26,275 bases of DNA from a virus (IMGVR_UViG_3300035675_000026:1-26275), one strand, 5' to 3'. Positions 1 to 9,927 are shown, counted from the stretch's first letter. The notes: generated from the sequence alone by a model not told the origin. Numbers and translations: made by a program.

Positions 1-1
1 G

Positions 2-1675
2 AATCAATGAACCAGTTACCCTGAAGTTCCTTACCTGTTCATCTGTTCCTCCATCTCCAGTTGATGTGCAATATAATTGGACAAGGTCTTCTGGTTGCCA
101 CCCCCCTATGTTTTCGTTATATGTAACCCAACCTCCTCCGGAATTGACCTGGTGAGCCCCTACTGTCCCTCCGTTCCTGTAAATCTGTCCTGCTGTTTCG
201 TGTGTTGCCGTTGCGTTTAAGTCAAAAGCTATGCTATATGTCCCGCTTGCCGAGATTGAGAGTTCTTTGTATTTGGTAGGAGCTACTGCCGTGACTGACC
301 TCGTTGTGTCTGCCGCCCCTACCGCTGTTGTCCCTACTGTTATGATAGAATACTGGAAATCCAAATCATTCCTTGTCCTTGTCCCTCCATTATAGACATT
401 TCCAGAACCGTTGCTCGTATATGCTATACCAGCCAATATGTTATCTTCATCGGTTGATGACGCTATGTTTATTCCCCAGTTGGTGTTGTTTTTTACTGCT
501 AATCCTGAAATCGTTATCCTGTCGCAGTTAGAAGTAAGTTTTAATCCGTCTGTCCCATTATTCTGGAACTCCGAAGATACGATAAAACAGTCTGATGAAT
601 TGACCATTTCCATTCCTTCTGATGTGTTATTAGAACAATCAGTAGCATAAACAACTGAATCAGTCATACCATCAAAGTATGCCCCATCATCATTGTTCCT
701 GCCAAGAATTGAAGTAAAGTTGGTGTCTGAAACATTCACGCCATATACCCCAATACCTCCATTTCTTAAAGACCATAATGTCTGTGTTTCAAGATGGTCA
801 ACTTGGTTAAAGTCATCTCCGTTTCCTGTATTATCAAAAGTATTGACCCAAGCCATATGTGAAGAAGTGGAGTTATTTATATCAACCCCTGCCCCACAAT
901 AGGCGACAGTCACTCTGTTCATAAACCAGTAATATACATAATTAAAATATATTCCTGTTCCAGCTGAATATATTACTGATAAGTCTTCTATTGAAAAGTT
1001 CTGAACCATTATAGCTGAATCATATGTAACGCCAGACAAATCCATACCAGTATAATTTGTTGTTAGGATAGCTGTCGTATCAGAGGTTACGGCATAAATC
1101 TCATACCAGAAATTGTCCAATCTTATCCTATGGCTTGAGGATAGGTTTGTCAGCCAATTAGTCCCTCCTGATACTATATTTGTCCCATTTGAAATAGTGA
1201 CTGTCCCTACTGAATAAGCAGAACCACCTGACGCCTTAACTCCTTTATCTTGTAATGAAAAGTATAGAAGCGTTACAGTCTGACCATTCCCGATAAGTTT
1301 CACATTGGAAGGTATGGTTATGTCGTCTGTCAGGACATAAGTCCCTGATTTTAGCTTCACTATCCCACCGGTAGTAGCAAGGGTGTTTATTGCCGTCTGT
1401 ATATTGCCGGTAGTTTCAACCGTAATCTCCTGTTGCAAAGTGTTTACTGAAGTGGCATACAACTGCCCTGCCATATTCACCCTAAATGGTGCATTTTCAA
1501 ACTGTTCTGCTCCCAAGAATAAACCCTGTTTATTGACCTTAAATGTCTGTTCTCCAGCGTTTACCTGTATCTCTTTGGTATAATTGAGGTAATCAAAACC
1601 CCTTTCTTCTGAAGAAGCTGTGGCACTCAATGGTTCTTCGTCTTTTTGGTCTGGCTTCCACTCTACACTACTCAT
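2..1675 (-). CDS. Tailspike / tail fibre with pectate-lyase-like beta-helix (3' end runs off the window, >=558 aa)
   Basis: Not in the ORF track. ATG at 1675 overlaps the nozzle stop (ATGA). Reads MSSVEWKPDQ...GLFLGAEQFENAPFRVNMAGQLYATS...IQTAINTLATTGGIVKLKSGTYVLTDDITIPSNVKLIGNG, a typical beta-helix entry motif. The same frame is still open at position 2 (...EQVRNFRVTGSLI); I translated both ends and only spot-checked the middle. Confidence 0.8.
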   Translation of the reverse strand, partial: MSSVEWKPDQKDEEPLSATASSEERGFDYLNYTKEIQVNAGEQTFKVNKQGLFLGAEQFENAPFRVNMAGQLYATSVNTLQQEITVETTGNIQTAINTLATTGGIVKLKSGTYVLTDDITIPSNVKLIGNGQTVTLLYFSLQDKGVKASGGSAYSVGTVTISNGTNIVSGGTNWLTNLSSSHRIRLDNFWYEIYAVTSDTTAILTTNYTGMDLSGVTYDSAIMVQNFSIEDLSVIYSAGTGIYFNYVYYWFMNRVTVAYCGAGVDINNSTSSHMAWVNTFDNTGNGDDFNQVDHLETQTLWSLRNGGIGVYGVNVSDTNFTSILGRNNDDGAYFDGMTDSVVYATDCSNNTSEGMEMVNSSDCFIVSSEFQNNGTDGLKLTSNCDRITISGLAVKNNTNWGINIASSTDEDNILAGIAYTSNGSGNVYNGGTRTRNDLDFQYSIITVGTTAVGAADTTRSVTAVAPTKYKELSISASGTYSIAFDLNATATHETAGQIYRNGGTVGAHQVNSGGGWVTYNENIGGWQPEDLVQLYCTSTGDGGTDEQVRNFRVTGSLI

Positions 1676-3093
1676 AATACTTCTCTTTGGTTAAATGATG
1701 TATAAAAATCCTCTATCTCTGGGCTTGAGTTCCCGCTTGTGGTCAGTTTGATTTTGAACTGGGCAACCCCTGCCTCTAATGATGAATCCGCACTCATCTT
1801 GTAATAGCTCGTCTGGTTGTTATCAAGCGTTATAGTCCCTGTTGAACCCCCATAATTGACATCATACTCAAGTCCTATATCAGTCCCTGACGGCTTTGTC
1901 CTGTAATCAATGTTGTAGTTCTTAAACTCTTTTTGTAAGAATCTGTTTCCCCCTATCGCCAATGTCTTCACATAAGCACTGGCGTATTTAGTCCCCCAGC
2001 TAATCTCGTCTATCCCATAACTTGTCCCTGCTTTCCAACCAACCATCAAAAGCGTTCCTGCTGAACAAAGTGTTCCTATCTCAATGTCTTTAATGCTTCC
2101 GTGTGATATCACATAGTCCAAATTAAGTGCCATAGGATAGTTCCTGTCATATTGCCCAACTGTATAAACTCCCTGATTACAAGGATTTCCAGATAGGTTT
2201 GACACCCCGAATAGACCAAGTCCCCTGAACTGACAGGTTGAATCTGGGTTCATCGTCATTGACTTATTCTTATAATCTCCCTTGATCTTCTTGAAAGGTT
2301 CTAATGTTGAACCATTGTAATAGTAAAGTCTTCCAGCATTTCCACCCTGTGCCAAGACATAATTATCTATCGTGATGAATCCGTTTATCATTGATTCTGG
2401 TATGTCATCTGCCGAGTTCCAAGCCGGTGAAGCTGTGTCCCACCTGAATAACTTGCACTGTTCTATCCCCGCCCTATCCCTTGTCCCAACTATCAAATCA
2501 ATACCGAAGTTGGTCATAGTGGTATATTGCAGGTTATCTGGCAATGAAGTCAATGTCACATCAGAAGTTCCATTCTGGACTAATGTTCCGCCACCAGTCG
2601 TGTCATCTATTGAGGCAATATCATCATTATTAAGTATGAAAAGATAAATCCCGTTCTTTACCATCTGGTGATAGTAAGAAGTTTGTATCGTTCCCCATCC
2701 TTCTTCTACCGCACCCCAGTTACCGGCACTGGTTGAAACCCTGAACATAGAACCGCTTGAAGCGAAATAGATATATCCATTATGCTCCCCGCATCCGCAG
2801 ATCGTCCCATTAGAAGTCTTATACACAGTTCCATAAGAACCATCGGACTTCCTTTCAGCCACAGTCCCGTCGTTGCAGAAGAAATAGGTCGTTCCTGTTG
2901 AGCATTTAAGGGAATAAGACGGGAGAGCCACAGGAGAACCGAAAGACTTTACCAATGCTTGTGATGCTTGGAAGAATCTGGGGTTGCTGTGTATATCAAT
3001 CCCTACTGCTTCGGCATAAGTTCCTTTGCCCCCAAAGGAATCGCTGTCGGACTGCCCTCCGCTCCAGTCTGTTTGGTGGTAGTATTTTTCCAT
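1672..3093 (-). CDS. Putative tail nozzle / DNA-stabilisation protein (beta-propeller; P22 gp10 / T7 gp12 analogue)
   Basis: 473 aa, beta-rich with blade-like repeats. Lies directly after the adaptor, the usual podovirus order. Confidence 0.6.
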   Translation of the reverse strand: MEKYYHQTDWSGGQSDSDSFGGKGTYAEAVGIDIHSNPRFFQASQALVKSFGSPVALPSYSLKCSTGTTYFFCNDGTVAERKSDGSYGTVYKTSNGTICGCGEHNGYIYFASSGSMFRVSTSAGNWGAVEEGWGTIQTSYYHQMVKNGIYLFILNNDDIASIDDTTGGGTLVQNGTSDVTLTSLPDNLQYTTMTNFGIDLIVGTRDRAGIEQCKLFRWDTASPAWNSADDIPESMINGFITIDNYVLAQGGNAGRLYYYNGSTLEPFKKIKGDYKNKSMTMNPDSTCQFRGLGLFGVSNLSGNPCNQGVYTVGQYDRNYPMALNLDYVISHGSIKDIEIGTLCSAGTLLMVGWKAGTSYGIDEISWGTKYASAYVKTLAIGGNRFLQKEFKNYNIDYRTKPSGTDIGLEYDVNYGGSTGTITLDNNQTSYYKMSADSSLEAGVAQFKIKLTTSGNSSPEIEDFYTSFNQREVL

Positions 3094-3094
3094 A

Positions 3095-3994
3095 TTAAGA
3101 AAGTGTTATGCTCCACGGATTATCGTTGGGATTCATTATCCCGCTATACTCATCTTCTTTTTCTATCAGCCCTGATGCCGACCTCATATCCCTATTCATC
3201 AACTCCCCTAACTGTTCCTTGTATTTTCTCTCGTATTCCCTTGCTAATGTCGGCTTTTCTTTTATCTGGTAATACCTATCAAGTGCATACCAAAGTGCTA
3301 TATCTTCAAATCCGTCTGGCAAAGGTATAAGTTCTGAAATCTTGTATGTGGCGTTATTTACTGCATTAGGTATCAATTCCCTTACTATGATCGTTCCTGT
3401 CCCGTCAACCTTGTCTATCTCAAACCAATATCCGTCTATCGGGGTATTAGTATCTGATACTGATATTGACCTTCCAATGAATAGCGTTCCCCAAGAAGTG
3501 CTTGTGCCAGTAAAAGCTGTTCCTCCGCTTGTGGCAGTTACTGATCCAGTAGAATAATCTGTGACCCCTATGTCCCTTACTTTCTTCAGGTAGTTCATCC
3601 TAATCGTTCCGCTTGCATCGTCTGGGATAGGATATAGTTCAATCTTCCCTTTCTGTATTGAATGAAACCACGAATAGGGCAGACCTGTTACAACCGTCTG
3701 GTTCATTATCCTCCACGCCCTTTCATCGCTTACTTCCTTTAAGGAATACCATACGCTACTGTCCCAGTAATGGACTGACTTCAATCTAAAAGCGTCATAC
3801 GGTTTCTCGTATGTTTGAACCGAAGTTGCTGAAGAAAAGTCTTTGTATGCTTGGTTGAATGTCCAATTCTGTGTTCCAAGAACTGACCTAATCCCGAAGT
3901 TAATCAGGGTTTTAGCCAGTGTTCCGGAACTTGTTGAAGAATCATTCGTCAGTGTTTGAAAATCAGTGACGAGCTGGCTGATTGTTTTTGGCAT
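3095..3994 (-). CDS. Putative head-to-tail adaptor with inserted beta domain
   Basis: 299 aa. Helical N-terminus (TISQLVTDFQ...TLINFG), TGLP..W...IELYPIPD motif, Thr/Gly-rich insert and a C-terminal LPDGFEDIALWYAL helix pattern typical of podovirus adaptors. Confidence 0.65.
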   Translation of the reverse strand: MPKTISQLVTDFQTLTNDSSTSSGTLAKTLINFGIRSVLGTQNWTFNQAYKDFSSATSVQTYEKPYDAFRLKSVHYWDSSVWYSLKEVSDERAWRIMNQTVVTGLPYSWFHSIQKGKIELYPIPDDASGTIRMNYLKKVRDIGVTDYSTGSVTATSGGTAFTGTSTSWGTLFIGRSISVSDTNTPIDGYWFEIDKVDGTGTIIVRELIPNAVNNATYKISELIPLPDGFEDIALWYALDRYYQIKEKPTLAREYERKYKEQLGELMNRDMRSASGLIEKEDEYSGIMNPNDNPWSITLS

Positions 3995-4959
3995 TGATTA
4001 CTGCCCCCCTCTAATTGTTTATGACCGTTGTATTCTTTTAAGAATAGTTGTGATAATTCATCAAAATTATATTTATACCAATTCTCCCTGTCCATCTCGC
4101 ATCTTCGTATTATCCTCTGTGGAAGCGGGACATCCCCGAACTCGTAATCCAACCGCATTGATGTAAAGTATAAATCGTTTTCTTTTGGTGTCAGCTTATT
4201 AAAATCTACCTCCTTGAAGAATGCTTGTGCGTAATGCCTTATCTCGGTGACCATAAGCATCGGAACTATCAGCCTTTGAAGGTTTCCCCATTTAAGTTCC
4301 GCATAGGTGGGAAACAACTCCCTTCTCTTTAATATGGCAACCAGCCTCTGTATCTCTCTAATCATCCCCAGTCCGCCCCTTCTCAACTTGCAGACATCTG
4401 CTTCTGCCATAATGTCTTGGAATCTGAACTTGTATGCCGAATCCTGTTCAATGAACATACAGACAATATCCCTTGCTATCCCTATCAGCTTCTTCATTGA
4501 TTCTTCCTTCTCCCTGTCGGCTACTACGGTCAATGCCCTGTATATCTCCCTGACTGACCTGCAATACTTGTCCGGCTTCAGGACTATGTAATACATAACC
4601 CACCAGTTAAGCATATAGAAGTAGTCGGCTATGCTGTTAAAAAGGTGCTTTGTGATGAATCTCGGCATTATGTATATTAGTCCCAGCGATATCAATGCTT
4701 TCTTCCTGATTGTGGTTAATAGGTAGAAAAATATCTTCTTAACTATCCTGAACCGTTCCACGCTTTCTGCGTCTGGCAACCCATCATACGGATATTTGTA
4801 GCCAATCAAATGTATCAGAATGCCTCCTTCTGTTGGTCTTTCTTCGTAATCCACTACAGCAGAGTTCCCAGCTCCTGGTCCATCCACATCTTTCAATATC
4901 TTGTATGGAAGCCCTGGTCCTCTTGCGTTTAATATCTGTTCCGATTCCCTATTTAGCAT
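3949..4959 (-). CDS. Hypothetical protein (336 aa, basic/helical, one hydrophobic stretch)
   Basis: Long ORF overlapping both neighbours in the late operon. No recognisable catalytic motif. Confidence 0.75.
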   Translation of the reverse strand: MLNRESEQILNARGPGLPYKILKDVDGPGAGNSAVVDYEERPTEGGILIHLIGYKYPYDGLPDAESVERFRIVKKIFFYLLTTIRKKALISLGLIYIMPRFITKHLFNSIADYFYMLNWWVMYYIVLKPDKYCRSVREIYRALTVVADREKEESMKKLIGIARDIVCMFIEQDSAYKFRFQDIMAEADVCKLRRGGLGMIREIQRLVAILKRRELFPTYAELKWGNLQRLIVPMLMVTEIRHYAQAFFKEVDFNKLTPKENDLYFTSMRLDYEFGDVPLPQRIIRRCEMDRENWYKYNFDELSQLFLKEYNGHKQLEGGSNQCQKQSASSSLIFKH

Positions 4960-5137
4960 TTTGCTTATCTGCGTTCTGCTGTTCTGTTACTAATTGGGTT
5001 CTTTTGGCTATCAACTCCTGCCAATCCCTGTTGAACAGACCAGTAAGCCGCAGGATTTCATCTATGTAATCGTCTTTTCTCCTTTGAGCCATCTGGTCTA
5101 ACTCCTGTTGTCTTTTTGTGAAGTATGTGTCCTCCAT
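4949..5137 (-). CDS. Small coiled-coil protein (62 aa)
   Basis: Heptad-like Q/E/K/R pattern. Preceded by an AAAGGTCA box and A-rich leader. Confidence 0.7.
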   Translation of the reverse strand: MEDTYFTKRQQELDQMAQRRKDDYIDEILRLTGLFNRDWQELIAKRTQLVTEQQNADKQNAK

Positions 5138-5165
5138 AAGTTTTTAATGTTTTAATTCTTGACCT

Positions 5166-5789
5166 TTAGCTTACTCCTAATAATAGGTTATGCTTTGACC
5201 GTTCTGTTGTTGTTGGTGGCTCATATCCATACGGATATTCTGCGATATAGTCAAAATATGCATTACCAGTCGTGCTTAAATTATCATAATAAAATAATAT
5301 GTATGTCGGGGTTGATGCGTCATAAAAATTATAATATCCGTTCCAACTTGCTCCATCTATCCTGAATTGGTATTGGTCGCCAGCTGTCCATTCAATTTCA
5401 ACACAATACCAAGTATTAGCACTCCAAGTAGCCGCAAGATTATGATATCCCCCATTATCTCTATACTGCCATTTAGCTCCACCCTCTCCATTCATAGAAA
5501 CCATAAAGCAATCGTGATTTATATCTGTAGAATGAGGAACGTGCATCTGGAGATTATTTGAAGTTGAATCTAACCTTACATAATACGACATCCTTCCTGC
5601 ATCAACTCCCGTTCCAGCTCCACGTGCATATAATCCAGTGCTATTAGTATTATTATGAGCCGCGGCTGTTCCTTCAGATGTTACAGCTGTTTGAACTTTC
5701 CAAGTTTCTTCTCCTTCAACCCAAGTCCCATTACCGTTCAAATTACCAACACTATAACTATTAAAATCATCAGTAAGAAGTGTTGCCAT
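5166..5789 (-). CDS. Putative concanavalin-A/LamG-like beta-sandwich virion protein
   Basis: 207 aa. TDDFNSY start, WSANTWYCVEIEW...YQFRIDG and AYFDYI motifs resemble lectin-like jelly rolls. Hydrophobic C-terminus (LLLGVS). Confidence 0.55.
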   Translation of the reverse strand: MATLLTDDFNSYSVGNLNGNGTWVEGEETWKVQTAVTSEGTAAAHNNTNSTGLYARGAGTGVDAGRMSYYVRLDSTSNNLQMHVPHSTDINHDCFMVSMNGEGGAKWQYRDNGGYHNLAATWSANTWYCVEIEWTAGDQYQFRIDGASWNGYYNFYDASTPTYILFYYDNLSTTGNAYFDYIAEYPYGYEPPTTTERSKHNLLLGVS

Positions 5790-5790
5790 A

Positions 5791-6219
5791 TTATCCGATT
5801 ACTTTGTAAGTGAAATTGCCTATTGCTCCTTCTGTGACAAGCAATATCTTTACCGAATTGTCGGGCATATAAACCGTGACTGTTGCCTTGCTCGTAGGCA
5901 AATTATAGTCTTTAATCACTCCGTATTGTATCGTATTGTCTGCTATCTTTGAGGCGATATAATCAGTCAGTCTTACATAAAATGGAGTTGCTTTAGGTTC
6001 TCCTCCCCTCCAATAATAGTTAGTTCCATCTGTAACTACCTGAACCATATTCTCTGCCTTTGTGTCTATCTCATTGTCATATACGACAGGAATCGCTTTT
6101 ACTTGCCATCCCAAAGGAGCAAATGCACCAATCATATTGGTAACATCAGACCACTTGTCTTCTGTGGCAACAGAGGTATATTTTGCCTCTAACGCTGTAA
6201 TAAGTTCTGCTTTTGTCAT
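5791..6219 (-). CDS. Hypothetical virion-module protein (142 aa)
   Basis: Clean ORF, 1 nt from the next gene. Confidence 0.75.
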   Translation of the reverse strand: MTKAELITALEAKYTSVATEDKWSDVTNMIGAFAPLGWQVKAIPVVYDNEIDTKAENMVQVVTDGTNYYWRGGEPKATPFYVRLTDYIASKIADNTIQYGVIKDYNLPTSKATVTVYMPDNSVKILLVTEGAIGNFTYKVIG

Positions 6220-6238
6220 ATGTTATTTATTTAATTGA

Positions 6239-7621
6239 TTATACTTTACTCTTGAATCCGCTTGCATTTATTGATAATGACGATGCCGACCCTGTTGCTT
6301 CTGCCATCCAATAAGTGTTAGCTGTCCCCGCAAGTGGCGTTGTAAAGTGTGATGTTACCCCGCCAAGTGAAGGAACTGGGAAAGTCCATTTCTTCGTAGC
6401 CCCATCGCACATATTGACAAACAGGAATGTTCCACTTGAGTTCCCTATCGTCACATCTGTTAAGTAAACCTTTACCCCTGCTCCCCCTGCCGCAATAATC
6501 TCAACTGTTCCAAGACCTGAAGCCATAATTGTCCCTTGTCCCCTTACCACATCTTCAAGTCCACTGTTCAATCTGGTAATCAATACCCCATCTACCCCTG
6601 CATATAAATCTGTCCTGTCGTTATTAACTACTGCTGTTATGCCAGATAAAGCTGTGGTTGCCTTTGCCCCTACCTTTACTGGATTGCCTGAATCTGCTGA
6701 ATCGTGTGCTATATTGCCCAACGCCCAGATGCTTCCGCCTGATACTGTCTGGACATTACAAGTTCCGCTTGCAAGAAGCGTTCCACTTGAAATAGACATC
6801 AGGTTAGTGATCGTGTCTATGTTTATCGTTCCGGTTGATATAGTTCCCAAAGTAGCGACATTTATAGTTCCTTGTGCGTTAATCGTTCCCCCCGATATGG
6901 ATGAAACTGTGCTGACCGTATTTACATTGACCGTTCCCTGTGCGTTTATCGTGCCACCGGTTATTGATGTCACCGTGCTTACTGTATTTATGTTGCTCGT
7001 TCCCATCAACTGAATACTTCCACCAGAAACCCTAACTGTCCCTGAAGTCAATGTTCCGTCAGACATTATCAAACTTCCCACGGTAACAGTAGTATTTACT
7101 GTTCCAGAAGAAAGGACATCTATCGTTCCACCGGATATGGTGACGCTTGTGATAGCTGTGTTTATAGTCCCTGAACTGATGACCAGTTCGTTCCCTATGT
7201 TGACTGTTCCCCCTGACAAGGTTTGAACATTGCAAGTTCCACCAGAAAACAATGTTCCGCTTGAAATAGTTACAGAACTTCCTAACCCGAGATTAACTGT
7301 TCCTTCTGACAATGTGGTTATAGTCCCACTATTGACCACCACCGAAGGCGTATTGCCTATATTGACCGTTCCACTGGCTATCCTTACTGTCCCTGATGTT
7401 ATAGTTCCGTCAGCTATCTGAACAGAACCTACTGTCGTGGTGACTGTCCCTGCCACCATATTTACTGCGATGCTACCACTTGCCTCTGAATCAATGGAAG
7501 GAGAGGTCATCAGGTAGTATGTGGTAGCATCAACCCGCAAGGGTTGGACTGTCTGCGAGGCGTCATCGGTTACACCGCCTGACACGCTCACATAATTATT
7601 GTCTTTCTTTAATTCTGCCAT
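6239..7621 (-). CDS. Putative head fibre / beta-solenoid virion protein with Ser-Gly-Thr repeats
   Basis: 460 aa. Many (S/G)GT(V/I)N units, then GNIAHDSADSGNPVKVG and a C-terminal beta-sandwich. Confidence 0.65.
   Translation of the reverse strand: MAELKKDNNYVSVSGGVTDDASQTVQPLRVDATTYYLMTSPSIDSEASGSIAVNMVAGTVTTTVGSVQIADGTITSGTVRIASGTVNIGNTPSVVVNSGTITTLSEGTVNLGLGSSVTISSGTLFSGGTCNVQTLSGGTVNIGNELVISSGTINTAITSVTISGGTIDVLSSGTVNTTVTVGSLIMSDGTLTSGTVRVSGGSIQLMGTSNINTVSTVTSITGGTINAQGTVNVNTVSTVSSISGGTINAQGTINVATLGTISTGTINIDTITNLMSISSGTLLASGTCNVQTVSGGSIWALGNIAHDSADSGNPVKVGAKATTALSGITAVVNNDRTDLYAGVDGVLITRLNSGLEDVVRGQGTIMASGLGTVEIIAAGGAGVKVYLTDVTIGNSSGTFLFVNMCDGATKKWTFPVPSLGGVTSHFTTPLAGTANTYWMAEATGSASSLSINASGFKSKV
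6857..6988 (-). repeat. Tandem 22-aa (66 bp) in-frame repeat
   Basis: NTVSTVTSITGGTINAQGTVNV followed by NTVSTVSSISGGTINAQGTINV. Confidence 0.9.
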
Positions 7622-8315
7622 TTAATTTTGCCTCTCTATTTATTATTGTTTGTAATGCTGCTCTTAGTGCTTTTTGACGCTTTTCCAAGCGTATTACTTC
7701 TTTTTTAAGACTTTCTTCTTTGTTTATTAAAAAGTCGTTTGTCTTCTTGACCGCTTCCGACCTTTGGTCAAGTTTAAGACCTTGTATTTTTAATCCTTTA
7801 ATGAGCTTGTTCTCATATCCTTTCTTCCTTTCAAGCATCAGTTTTGTTTCTTTTAGGTCAGCTAACTTGTGTTCTTCCATCTCCTCCATCCGCTTGATTA
7901 TCCTTTTCTCTATCTCCATCTGTGCCTTTTCTTCCTTCAGCTTAATCTTATCTGCCTCTAATATATCCAATGCTTCGTGGTAGCTCTCCTTTGTCCGGCT
8001 GAAGTCATCTACTTCACGCTTCAACTGCCGTTCCTTGTCTTCTATGTTCATCAGGCTTGTCGTTATCGCCTGCTCCTTGTTGACATATTTATTGGTATAA
8101 CTCTCCCTTTCCTGCCTTATCCCTTCAAGCGTGTTATTGGCTATCACTATTTCCTCGGTAACCTCCCTTATCACATACTCCTTATTGTCCTGAAGTTCCT
8201 TCAGCTTCTTCTCCTCTATCTCGGTCTGCTTCAATATCCCATCCCTATAAGAAAGGAGTTCAAGGTATTCGTTTTCCAACCTTTCCCTGTATTTTTCTAT
8301 GTCTTGTAAGTCCAT
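7596..8315 (-). CDS. Long charged coiled-coil protein (~239 aa)
   Basis: E/K/R-rich heptads. Start moved to ATG 8315, which overlaps the upstream TAA (TAATG). Confidence 0.75.
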   Translation of the reverse strand: MDLQDIEKYRERLENEYLELLSYRDGILKQTEIEEKKLKELQDNKEYVIREVTEEIVIANNTLEGIRQERESYTNKYVNKEQAITTSLMNIEDKERQLKREVDDFSRTKESYHEALDILEADKIKLKEEKAQMEIEKRIIKRMEEMEEHKLADLKETKLMLERKKGYENKLIKGLKIQGLKLDQRSEAVKKTNDFLINKEESLKKEVIRLEKRQKALRAALQTIINREAKLNGRIKERQ

Positions 8316-9298
8316 TATTCTAACCAACCCCTTAATGATGTTGATACTACTGTTGATGCCTGTCCTGCCGTTACGCTAATCTTGGTATCTACTTTTTGAG
8401 GAATCGTTATCGGCAATTCAAATGGTCTTACTGCAAACTGGTCAACCAGATTCATTTCTGCTTGTGGATAAAATACTAATCCAGCTGAACCATAACCTAT
8501 CTTTGAATCATAAGTGGCTCTCAATGTTAATGTTGCCGTATTTCCTGTCGTTGACGCTTTAGTCACCCCAGCAGACATACTGGTAATGTGCATCGTCTTC
8601 CCTGCTGGGACTGTATAAACGCTATTCCTTGCTCTTGTCGCTCCTATTGCCAGTCTTGAATAAATCCTTGTGCCTGTATATGCACATATGTCTATGTTCC
8701 CTATCGCCCTGTATGTCGTGCTTGTGCTTCCGAATGATACTGCTCTGAAAGCATTTACCCTGTAAATAGTTCCCACTGAAGTATAGACAGTTCCAGTTCC
8801 ATTAAGCTCCACATCAACTGTTCCTTCTGAATAATTGCTGTCCAGATACCATACCCTTACGCTTTTAACCCCTGTTCCAGCTGGTCCATCGCTTGCTGAA
8901 CTTGATGCTACTGCCATAGTCCCTGCACTGGTAGGAAATACATAAGCAACACTTGCCGCCCATACATCTGTTTCTGTTGTAGTCGCTCCAGTTGAATAAC
9001 CTAATTTTTCAAATGGCGAGTGTCCGCTAATATCTCCTTCTGCTAAAGCATATAGATAGTCTTGGGAACAAATCTGCGGGGCGTCTGCATTAAACAATAA
9101 TCCCTTAACCGTTCCTGTCCCTTCATCATAGAATTTAACCCCTACCGAATCCAATGAGCTATCCAATGCCGAGTTCTCAACCAGAACCCTGTTAGTCGTG
9201 TCGTTTACCCTGACCAACCTAATCTCGTCAGATGTTTCTGACCATCCGGTCATTGACCCCTTGTAATTCTTCTCTATTTTACTGTTTTCTGATGCCAT
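8315..9298 (-). CDS. Putative virion decoration/fibre protein (327 aa)
   Basis: Thr/Ser/Gly-rich beta protein (DGPAGTGVKSVRVWYLD...VELNG; YTVPAGKT). N-terminus resembles that of 6239..7621. Confidence 0.6.
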   Translation of the reverse strand: MASENSKIEKNYKGSMTGWSETSDEIRLVRVNDTTNRVLVENSALDSSLDSVGVKFYDEGTGTVKGLLFNADAPQICSQDYLYALAEGDISGHSPFEKLGYSTGATTTETDVWAASVAYVFPTSAGTMAVASSSASDGPAGTGVKSVRVWYLDSNYSEGTVDVELNGTGTVYTSVGTIYRVNAFRAVSFGSTSTTYRAIGNIDICAYTGTRIYSRLAIGATRARNSVYTVPAGKTMHITSMSAGVTKASTTGNTATLTLRATYDSKIGYGSAGLVFYPQAEMNLVDQFAVRPFELPITIPQKVDTKISVTAGQASTVVSTSLRGWLE

Positions 9299-9635
9299 TG
9301 ATTTTAACCTCTAAAGATGCTCTTTGTAATGACTTATGTTGGTCTGCTATTTTCGCTTTTTCCTGTTCCATTGACTGTTTCTGCTTGGCAATCTGCTCCT
9401 TATCCCTGTCTATCGCCTCAAGAGTAAGCATAACTTCCTTGTCTTTTATCTCCTTGTAAGGCATATCTACATACCTTTCTTCTCTTTCGGAGGGCGTAGG
9501 AGGCAAATATAGCTCAAGTAATTCCTCTCTTGGCGTCTTTTTCACCTCTACGGGCTTGGATTCCTTGATTAACGCTTTGCCTATCTTCTTCAATAACGCC
9601 TGTATTATCTTTTCTTGGTCGCCTCTCTTTGACAT
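9279..9635 (-). CDS. Charged coiled-coil protein (118 aa)
   Basis: C-terminal heptads. Overlaps the start of the downstream fibre gene. Confidence 0.7.
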   Translation of the reverse strand: MSKRGDQEKIIQALLKKIGKALIKESKPVEVKKTPREELLELYLPPTPSEREERYVDMPYKEIKDKEVMLTLEAIDRDKEQIAKQKQSMEQEKAKIADQHKSLQRASLEVKINGIRKQ

Positions 9636-9636
9636 A

Positions 9637-9927
9637 TTAAAAATAGAAAGCTGTCATATCTAATGTCCCATCTATTGAAGCATAACATCCGGTCACAAAT
9701 GACACATCCCCCATATCGTAGTAAGTTGCCGACCCTGTCGGAAAAGCATTAACCAGTAATGGAACTCCGGCAGTAGTGTTGTCATACAGGGTTATGGTCG
9801 CTGTCCCTGTTGAGGTAGCAACGAAAATACCCCTCAATCTGCCATACCCCGTCTTGATGAGAGTCCCTGACGATGTGTTGTAATAGATTGGGCTGGTAAG
9901 CCCATAATCTTTTGCTGATAACCCCAT
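9637..9927 (-). CDS. Small beta-sandwich virion protein, paralog B1 (96 aa)
   Basis: About 56% identical (hand count, ungapped) to 9944..10234. Canonical SD GAGGAGGT 8 nt upstream. Confidence 0.8.
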   Translation of the reverse strand: MGLSAKDYGLTSPIYYNTSSGTLIKTGYGRLRGIFVATSTGTATITLYDNTTAGVPLLVNAFPTGSATYYDMGDVSFVTGCYASIDGTLDMTAFYF

